Part shown: positions 54,074-64,000 of the stretch, piece by piece
Layout: the number at the start of each line of letters is the position of its first letter
Position numbering within the stretch: position 1 is the first letter of the stretch
Assembly: GCA_951406725.2 (NCBI GenBank)
Contig: OX597824.1
Span: 70,432,001-70,496,000 of the forward strand
Direction: 5' to 3'
From: Octopus vulgaris
Lineage: Eukaryota
Length of the DNA stretch: 64,000 bases
The notes under the pieces: generated by a model
What the model was told of the DNA's origin: nothing
Seen by the model: only the letters and a program-made list of their open reading frames with translations
Databases searched by the model: none
Position numbers and translations under genes: made by a program

Positions 54074-55099
54074 TGCATAAGTATATGTGAGTGTGTGTGA
54101 GTGGTATAGTGGTGGAACGTGGTCGGGGAGTTCAGTGTGTTTGTTTTAATGTGTCTGTTCCTAAACAGCAGATCAATAACCATTGAAAGATTAACAATTT
54201 TTAAGAGGATAAGATTATCTAGGCACTTTCTTTCTTTTGTACTGTCAGGTTCAGATTTGTTCTGGCGGCGGCAGTAGTGGTGGTGGTAGATGATGGTGGT
54301 GGTTGATATTGTGGTAGTGATAATGGCACTGCTGGCATTGATAGTGTTGGCAGTTTATTGTTGTAGTTGTTGATGTGGTGGTGGTGGTGGTGGCGGCGGC
54401 GGCGGCGGCGGCGGAGTAGGTTTTTGGCTACGGCAGTTGATAATATTTATAGCTGTGGTAGTTATGATGAGGATGATGATAACGAATAACGGTGATGATG
54501 GTGGTGGTGCTGGTGGCTGGACTAGTGCCGGCGCGAGGCTTGATGATGATGATGATGACGATGGTAATGACGAAGATGGTGGTGGTGGTAGTGTTTATGG
54601 TGATGTTAATGATGATGATGATGATGATGGTGATGACGAAGATGGTGGTGGTGGTGGTGGTGGTGGTAGTGTTTATGGTGATGGTAATGATGATGATGAT
54701 GATGGTGATGGGAACGGGTATCAGTGATGATGACGAGGAGAGGAAAGAGGAGTATGAGCAGGAGGAGGAAGAAGATTGCCATGATAAAAATAAAGTGATG
54801 ATGATGTTGATGATGATGATGATCATGATGCTGATTATGTCACCAATAATGAAGATAATAACGATCGTCGTCATCATCATCATCATCATCATCATCATCA
54901 ACACCATCATCATGATGTGCATATTGCATATGGCTGGTAATGGCAGTAACGTGATATAATCTTGACACTACCTTTTTTTGTGTTTTTTACTGCTTTCTAG
55001 CAAAAAAGAAAATAAATTGTTGTTGTTGTTGTTGTTGTTGCTGTTGTTGTTGTCATTGCTATTGTTTTCTTTGTTGCTGTTCTCTTTTTTTTTTCTTTT

Positions 55100-55362
55100 T
55101 CTCTTTTACTTGTTTCAGTCATTTGACTGTGGCCATGCTGGAGCACCGGTCTTTATAGTCGAGCAAATCGACCCCCATGACTTATTCTTTGTAAGCCTAG
55201 TACTTATTCTATCGATTGCTTTTGCCGAACGGCTAAGTTACGGGGCCGTAAACACACCAGTATCGGTTGTCAAGCTATGTTTTTTTTTGGGGGGGGGGAG
55301 AAACACAGACACACAAACATATACGCACACGTACACTCACACACACACACACACACACACAT

Positions 55363-55412
<50 letters not shown>

Positions 55413-55797
55413 AGTTAATCCAAACTTGAAAACACAAAGAGAAAACACAACAACGCGAGGACGTGGAACAAATATAGTATTATTGGACACTCAGGAAGGA
55501 AGGAAAGAAGGAGGGTTTAACGTTTCGAGCGGAGCTCTTCATCAGAAACATAGGAAAAGGAAAGATCCAGAGAAGGGAAGACGGAGGGGAAAAAATCGCC
55601 AACGGTACACACGCGGTCACATTACATACATATATACGACGGGCTTCTTTCAGTTTCTACCAAATCCACTCACAAGGCTTTGGTCGGCCCGAGGCTATAG
55701 CAGAAGACACTTGCCCAAGGTGCCACACAGTGGGACTGAACTCGGAACCATGTGGTTGATAAGCAAGCTACATACCACACAGCCACTCTTACGCCTA
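55100..55797 (-). mobile_element. SINE family A carrying an about 215-bp hammerhead-containing insertion in its TA tract
   Basis: SINE halves at 55100-55380 and 55630-55797; insert at 55411-55623. Confidence 0.85.
55515..55549 (-). ncRNA. Minimal type-I hammerhead ribozyme motif (dimer-type stem III)
   Basis: Minus GTTT-CTGATGA-A-GAGC-TCC-GCTC-GAA-AC-GT-T-AAAC: canonical core, loopless palindromic ACGT stem III, GUU site. Confidence 0.75.
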
Positions 55798-56236
55798 TTG
55801 TTGATGTTCTAGTCATCGCTACTGCTACTGTCTTTGTTGTTGTAATTGCTGTTGTTGCTTATTGTTGTTATTGTAGTTGCCATTGTTGTTGTTGTTGGTG
55901 TTGGTGGTGGTGGTGGTAATGGTCATGATAATAATGCTGTTGTTGACGTTGCCTTTCATCATTCGGGGTCGATAAACAAAGTACCAGATCTAATCGACTA
56001 GCCCTTTCCCTAAAAAACTTTCAGGCCTTGTACCTATAGTAGAAAAGATCTTTGATGAGAAGGCACGTGATTTATTGGTTAAGGCATTCAGCTCACGACC
56101 ATAAAATCGAGATTCTCGGGGAGGAGTAGGGACATAATATCCTTGAGCAAGACACTTCATTTCACTCAGCTGGCAAAAAATGAGTAGTACCTGTATTTCA
56201 AAGGGTCAGAACTGTAACATTCTGTGTCATACTGAA

Positions 56237-56490
56237 GGCATCGAGATGGCAGAAACGTTAGCACGCCGGACGAAATGCGTAGCCGTATTTCGTCTGTCGT
56301 TACGTTCTGAGTTCAAATTCCGCCGAGGTCGACTTTGCCTTTCATCCTTTCGGGGTCGATAAATTAAGCACCAATTACGCACTGGGGTCGATATAATCGA
56401 CTTAATCCGTTTGTCTGTCCTTGTTTGTCCTCTCTGTGTTAAGCCCCTTGTGGGTAGTAAAGAAGTAGGTATTTCGTCTGCCGTTACTTT
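56237..56490 (+). mobile_element. SINE family B (long tail) plus the start of a second unit
   Basis: A full copy followed by aagtag|gtatttcgtctgccgttac. Confidence 0.88.
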
Positions 56491-56789
56491 CTAGGCATTT
56501 CGCCCAGTGTGCTAATGATTCTGCCAGCTCGCCTAATAATAATACTAATAATAACAATAATAATAACTCTTTCAAATTTTAACAAAAAGCCAGCAATTTT
56601 GAGGGAAGGGGGCAAGTCAGTTACACTATTTCCGGGACTCAATTCATAATTTATTTTGTTGACCCTGAAAAGATGAAACGCAGATTTGACCTTGGTAAGA
56701 TTTCAGCTTATGATGTAAAGAGCCAAATGTAATGACACTAAGCATATCCGATATGCCAACAAATATGCCAGCTCACCACTTTAACAATC

Positions 56790-56842
<53 letters not shown>

Positions 56843-57043
56843 TGTAGTAGTACTAGTAGTAGTAGTAATAATCCTGTCAACTATAGGCATAGGCACAAAG
56901 CCCGAAATTTGGGGTTGAGGGCATAAGTCAATTACATCGACCCCAGTGTTTCACTGGTACTTATTTTATTGAAACCGAAAGCATGAAAGGCATAGGCGAC
57001 CACAAAGGAATTTGAACCCAGAATGTGAAGACAGCTCGCCACC

Positions 57044-57089
<46 letters not shown>

Positions 57090-57306
57090 TCTTTCAAATT
57101 TTAACAAAAAGGCCAGCAATTTTGAGGGAAGGGAGCAAGTCAGTTACACCGTCTCTGGGACTCAATTCATAATTTATTTTATTGACCCTGAAAAGATGTA
57201 ATGCAGATTTGACCTTGGTAAGATTTCAGCTTATGATGTAAAGAGCCAAATGAAATGACACTAAGTATATCATCCGATGTGCTAACAACTATGCCAGCTC
57301 TTCACT

Positions 57307-57309
<3 letters not shown>

Positions 57310-57338
<29 letters not shown>

Positions 57339-57556
57339 TTAGCATCCGTTTTTCCATGCTAGCATGGGTTGGACGGTTCAACTGGGGTCTGTGAAGCCAG
57401 AAGGCTGCATCAGGCCCAGTCTGATCTGGCAGTGTTTCTACGGCTGGATGCCCTTCCTAACGCCAACCACTCCGCAAGTGTAGTGGGTGCTTTTTACGTG
57501 CCACCCGCACAGGCGCCAGACGGTGCTGGCAAACGGCCACGAACGGATGGTGCTTT
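57310..57556 (-). mobile_element. RTE-related non-autonomous retroposon 3' part with (TGA)n tail
   Basis: Minus ggttggcgttaggaagggcatccagccgtagaaa, a motif I recall from RTE-derived bipartite SINEs, ending ...ggatgctaaa(tga)n. Confidence 0.55.
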
Positions 57557-57575
57557 AATAATAATAATAATGATG

Positions 57576-57628
<53 letters not shown>

Positions 57629-57629
<1 letters not shown>

Positions 57630-58003
57630 CATTCCTTTTGTGGCTGACGATATGTGATTCTCTGATCATGAGCATGTGTAGTGGGGGAGCATCATAGCCA
57701 TGTGTTATAAAGGATACTTTGGGGTTTGAATAATTCACCTCTGGAAACAAACCTTATTCAGGAACCTTTTGAGCACGATGGGCTACTCAACCTGAAGAAA
57801 ATTCTAACTGGGCCCCATCTGCAAGATCCTATGCTGTTTATCTTGATATGAGGTCACAGTGTCAAACACATATGGTTGTGATGCATGTGCCTGGTGTAGT
57901 CATGATGGGTAGTCATGATGGGTATATTGGGTTTCATATATTTGTACCCCAGTGTCAATAAATGGCATGTACTGTTCTGTCACTCAATAATAATAATAAT
58001 AAT
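57629..58003 (+). mobile_element. Probable LINE 3' UTR fragment inserted in (TAA)n
   Basis: Complex sequence bounded on both sides by (TAA)n. Such targeting is known for R4/Dong elements, but the family assignment is inference only. Confidence 0.3.
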
Positions 58004-58223
58004 CCTTTCTACTATAAACACAAGGCATGGAATTTGTGGGGTGGGGTATAGTCAATGACATCCACCCCAGTGACCAACTGATATTTATTTTATCGACCTT
58101 GAAAGGTTGAAAGGCAAAGTCGACCTTGGTTGAATTTGAACTCAGAATGTAGTGACAGGCAAAATACCACTAAGTATTTCGTCCAGTGTGCTAACAATTC
58201 TGCCAGCTCACCACCTTAATAAT

Positions 58224-58271
<48 letters not shown>

Positions 58272-58316
58272 AATAATAATAACAATAACAATAATAATAA
58301 TAATAATAATAATAAC

Positions 58317-58369
<53 letters not shown>

Positions 58370-58605
58370 TAATAATAGTAACAATAATAATACTTTCTGG
58401 TGTTGGTACAAGGCCTGAAATCTTGGGGGAAGTGGGTAGTCAGTTACATAGACCCCAGTGTTAAAATTGATACTGTTTTTATGCACCCTGAGAGAATGAA
58501 GGGCAAAGTCAACCTCAGCAGAATTTGAACTCAGAATACAAAAACAGATGAAATGCTGCTAAAGTATTTTGCCTGGCATGCTAATGGTTCTTCCAGCTCT
58601 CTGCC

Positions 58606-58656
<51 letters not shown>

Positions 58657-58911
58657 TTAATAATAATTATTATTATTATTATTATTATAATCCTTTCTAC
58701 TGGATGCACAAGACCTCAAATTTGTGGGGTGAAGAACTAGTCGATTATATCAACCCTAGTGTTTCACTGGTACTTATTCCATTGACCACAAAAGGATGAA
58801 TGGCAAAGTCGACCTCGGTGGAAGTTGAACTCAGAACATAGTGATGGGCAAAATTCTGTTCAGTATTGCATTTAGTACACTAACGATTCTACCAGCTTGC
58901 CACCTTAATAT

Positions 58912-58942
<31 letters not shown>

Positions 58943-59351
58943 CCTTCCTACTATAGGCGCAAGGCCCGAAATTTGTGGGGAGGGGGTAAGTCAATCACAC
59001 AGACCCCAGTATTTGACTGGTACTTATTTTATCGACCCCTCCCCCCTAAAAAAAGGATGAGAGGCAAAGTCAACCTCAGTGGAAATTGAACTCAGAATGT
59101 GCCACTAAGCATTTCATCCAGCATGCTAATGATTCTTTCAGCTCACTGCCTTATTATAATAGTAATAATTATAATTATCATTTCAAATTTTTGAGGGATG
59201 GGGATGAGTTGATTGCATCTACCCCAGTGTTCCACTGGTACTTATTTTATCAACCCTGAAAGGATGAAAGGAAAAGTTGCCCTCTGTGGAATGCCACTAA
59301 GCATTCCATCCAGTCCAGTGTGCAAACAATTCTGTCAGCTCATTGCCTTAT

Positions 59352-59393
<42 letters not shown>

Positions 59394-60062
59394 GATTACT
59401 AATATCATCATAGTGTTGAAGAGATTATGTATATTGTATAACTGTGTACCTCTGTGGTTAGAAACCAATGAAATAAATTTTTAAAATGTTTTGTTTCAAA
59501 TAAATAATGCTTCTTTACTAGAATTTTCTTTTTCTCACAAAAAAAACAAAAAAAAAAAAAAGAAAAACGCTCACCAACATTGATTTCTGCAAGGAAAATC
59601 ATTTTCAATAGATTTTTATATTAGTATTTTTATGTATTTTTCTCTTATAAGAGTTTTATTTTTTTGAAAAAAAAAAATCAATAAAAATGTAGAAAAATTT
59701 TTTTTTTTTCCTGTTATCCAAAGTTATAAGTAAATAATTTTGCTTATATTGTTTATTGTTATGAGGTGTTAAATAAATAAAATTTAAAGAAAACAAAAAC
59801 AGATTATATATATTAAACACAGTTGTGAAGTCTAGCCTGAAGGAAAACTGAATTTTCAATCTACAGCTTCCCCCATTCATGTCTTATTATGTCCTTGCTG
59901 TGTTGTCAGTTAGACAATAGATGGCTTGCAGTGAGGGGAATTACAACAGGATAAGATTAGTTTAAAATGTTGAGCCTAATCCATTCTTAGTTCCCTCATT
60001 TGTCTTTGCGGGTGGGGGCTGAAATCATTTTCAAAGATATATATTATGTATATTATTGGTGT

Positions 60063-60445
60063 GGAGGCGCAATGGCCCAGTGGTTAGGGCAGCGGACTCA
60101 CGGTCATAGGATCGCGGTTTCGATTCCCAGACCGAGCGTTGTGAGTGTTTATTGAGCGAAAATACCTAAAGCTCCACGTGGCTCCGGCAGGGGATGGTGG
60201 TGATCCCTGCTGTACTCTTTCACCACAACTTTCTCTCACTCTTACTTCCTGTTTCTGTTGTACCTGTATTTCAAAGGGCCGGTCTTGTCACTCTCTGTGT
60301 CACGCTGAATATCCCCGAGAACTACGTTAAGGGTACACGTGTCTGTGGAGTGCTCAGCCACTTACACGTTAATTTCACAAGCAGGCTGTTCCGTTGATTC
60401 GGATCAACCGGAACCCTCATCGTCGTAACCGACGGAGTGCTTCCA
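60063..60445 (+). mobile_element. SINE family C, full length with 12-bp TSD
   Basis: TSD ATATTATTGGTG at 60050-60061 and 60445-60456. Confidence 0.92.
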
Positions 60446-61322
60446 TATTATTGGTGAGTTTATAAATTAGTAAATAGTGCAGGTACAAGCATGGCTGTGA
60501 GGTTAAAAAATTTGCTTCTCAACCACATGGTTCTGGGTTCAATCCCAAGGTGACACCTTGGGCAAGTGTCTTCTACTACAAAGAAAATGGCAAGTGTCTT
60601 CCAGAAAAGAAAAAAAAATGATCAGAAGGAGCCACAAGAATGAATGGTGATCAGGTGTCCAGGGGGTCCCACAAAGGCACAAAGTGAGTAGGAGTGAGGT
60701 GGGGGTATGGGAGATATGGAGGGGTAGCTTGCAAAGATTGTATGGGAAGGACAGTTGAGAGAACATGGCCTGGTGGTTAGGATGTTGCATTCACAATTGA
60801 GAGATCATGGTTTCAATTCCTGCAATGGGACTGAACCCAGAACCATGTTGTTGGTAAGCAAGCTACTTACCACACAGCCAATCCTGCACCTGTTGCATAT
60901 GTATATTTATTATAATTATTTTATTTTGTCATGTTTGTTTTCATGATTGTCCTGTGCATTCGATAGCTATTCCTAGTGGTTTTTTGTCACTGGCACCACC
61001 ACAAGTGAACAATATCAATGATAAAGGACATGAAATTGCCAAGATATTTTGCATGTAGATTGATGAGGAATTACCTACGAATTTTCCTTTGTTATACTTT
61101 TGTTAAATCTTTTGAAATATATATATATATATATATATTAATCGAAGTATACAGTTTTATATATCCATTACAGCTGATCTTACCAATTGGTTTTGCACTA
61201 TGGGTTCAACAGAGTGTTATGTAACAGTCCAATTATGTAACCCTCTACTCTTCAGAGGTAACCATTATGGAATGAATTATGGCAACCTGATTTATGGACT
61301 CTTGTATCGCTAAAACACACAG

Positions 61323-61365
<43 letters not shown>

Positions 61366-61799
61366 AACACAAATACACACATATACACACTTATTAATAC
61401 ATATACATACATACATGCATGCATACATACATACATATCACACCACATTACAGCATCAGGCCTCTATGAAGGATTTAAGTTGTTTGTATGTGGCATTGAA
61501 GACTGATAAACATTACTTCTACACACAGAATAACAGAATAACTACATTACCTGTTAATAGAATTTTATTGGATTGCTGTGGCTTCACCATTCTTCACTTC
61601 GCATAAATCTATTCCATTAAACCTTCAAGAGGAACTTAAGATGTCTGGAGTTTAGTTTCTTTATTCTGACATTTGCAAATAAGTATGTAAAATAGAAATT
61701 GGTACTGATAAATATAGATAGAAAGTAAAATTTAGGCAAAAAAAACTATATAAAATAAAGATACATAAATATAAATAAAATATATATTGAATAATCTCT

Positions 61800-61971
61800 G
61801 TTACTAACTTCTTTCTTTCCCTCTTTATTCTTTTTTATACATGTGTGTGGTATGCTTATGTGTATATTGATAGACATGTGTATATATATATATATGCACA
61901 TATGTATATATGTATACATATATACATATACCAGCATTCTATATGTGCATGTGTGTGCATGTATGTATGTG

Positions 61972-62034
<63 letters not shown>

Positions 62035-63064
62035 GTGAGTAAGTGTTTATAGACATATCTATATACGTGTGTGTGAGTGTTTGTATATCTATATACATAT
62101 ATAAGTTTAAATGCATATACATATATATATATGTGTGTGTGTGTGTATATATATGCAAGATATATCTATATATATATATGATTATGTGCATATATGCAAA
62201 TATATGTATATGTGTTTGTGTGTGGGTATAAGTATATGTCTAAATATATATATATATATATAATTAAATAATTTAAGGAAAGACATATATATGCACAATA
62301 TATGAAAATTGTATTTCAAAATCTATTATCTCTGTCTGAGATGAAAGATAAAAGACATTAAAAAAAGAAAAAAGGAAAAAAGAAAACCAGAAAAATATTC
62401 CTACTAAAAATGGTAAACAAAAGTAGCAGACTTGATTCCTGCCAGAATGAGACAACGGTGATTCCAGTATCTTTTGCAGTAGATATATTTTGGTTAAAGT
62501 AAATATAATAAATGGATTAACAGCAAGATATACATATCTGCATAGAGATATGTATGTATATATATATATATATATATGTGTAATGTATATGTATGCATAT
62601 GTATATGTACGTGTATGTATATAAATGCGTGTGTATATATATATATATATATATACATATAAATGTGTGTGTGTCTATATGCATGTATGTGTATGTATTT
62701 GTATATTTAGGTTTATGAGTCTAGCTATGTATATGTGTATGTGTGTGTGCATATCTGTATATCATTATAGATGTTTATACATATTTGTAAGTTTGTGTGA
62801 ATGTATGCATGTGTGAGTGTATGGTCATACACTTTTATTGTTTATTTTAACTGTATATTTACATAAACATACACACACTCACAAACACACACATGTGTGT
62901 TTATAGATGCACCTATACGTACATATACATATACACACATATATATATATATATATACATACATAGAAATGTACATATATAAAAATATATACCTATATAT
63001 ATGTGAGTGTGTGTGTATACATACATATATACTTATAAATATATATATATATATATATAATGAT

Positions 63065-63117
<53 letters not shown>

Positions 63118-63166
63118 CATACACACATATGTACTTATACCTGCATATATGTTCAGATGCACCTGT

Positions 63167-63215
<49 letters not shown>

Positions 63216-63684
63216 GAATGTATGTATGTATACATCATGAAGGGTCAATATTTTTGTATGCTTGCATTTTGAAAATATACAAGAATGTAAGTTTTGCATT
63301 GTTATTTATATAAGATATGTAAATGTTTGTTTGTTTGTTTGCATATTTTTGTTTGTTTGTATGTGCGTCTGTGTTTGTGTTTGTGTCTATGCATATGTGT
63401 TTGTATGTATTCCTGTGCGCGCGTGTGATTAGAAAGAAGCGTTAGAATTGATAATCTGATGTCTGAGTTTTTTTCCGATAATCTTCAATGAAAAGAGAAG
63501 CCAAAAATATTTCCGTTCTAATCCTCCTTGTTCTCAGTAAGACAAAGTGGCAACAATTCTAGAGATAATGGTTATGGACAATCAGGAAAGGCATTGGGAA
63601 AAATAACCATTTCTTGCAGTTTTATTTATCAAGTTTACAGGTGTGTGTGTACTTTGGTTGTGTTTGTATATCTGTGAGTGTGTG

Positions 63685-63716
<32 letters not shown>

Positions 63717-63738
63717 TGTGTGTGTGTATATATATATA

Positions 63739-63787
<49 letters not shown>

Positions 63788-64000
63788 CTGTGTATAGAGT
63801 GAGTGTATATGTGTGTATGTGTGCATATATGTGTGTATGTGTGTGTATTTATGGGTATGTATATATGCATGTGTGTAGTGCATACAGATGTGCTTGTGTG
63901 TGTGCATTTCTGTGTGAGTATGTGTATGTGGTGATGTACATATATGCTGTGGTGTCTGCAGCTGTGTGTGTATGTGTATATATGTTTATATGAGCCTGTG
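61800..64000. repeat. (TA)/(TG) low-complexity region
   Basis: Compound dinucleotide repeats with short unique spacers. Confidence 0.85.

Larger units (their letters stand above)
56495..59395 (-). repeat. Degenerate tandem array of SINE B copies separated by (AAT)n/(AGT)n
   Basis: About eight or nine same-orientation decayed copies; 56520-56780 is duplicated at 57033-57308. Confidence 0.8.

Noticed and set aside
54428-54959. Gly/Asp-rich and Met/Val-rich ORFs
   Set aside because: Derived from (GAT)n/(GGT)n trinucleotide repeats; open frames on both strands are expected.

Overview
Eukaryotic, AT-rich and almost entirely non-coding DNA, saturated with (TA)n, (CA)n, (GA)n, (GATA)n and (AAT)n microsatellites. 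The repeat repertoire looks like a cephalopod, probably Octopus (inference from recalled repeat families, not a database match). Nearly all supplied ORFs are microsatellite or SINE artefacts, and no intact host protein-coding gene can be supported. Recognisable content: at least four tRNA-derived SINE families; a decayed Ty3/Gypsy element with a 136-bp LTR and PPT; a CR1-group LINE 3' fragment; an RTE-like LINE insertion with a 5' inversion and 12-bp TSD; non-autonomous Helitrons plus a PIF1 helicase fragment; a DD37D (maT) Tc1/mariner remnant; and MITEs. The main hidden signal is about ten minimal type-I hammerhead ribozyme motifs, counting degenerate and inverted copies. They sit in short Penelope-like remnants that are embedded in TA tracts and often form fold-back inverted duplications. 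Also notable are SINE/LINE shared 3' tails and a recurrent SINE multimer junction that maps to a hairpin loop in the SINE head. A few unique islands are weak exon or ncRNA candidates.
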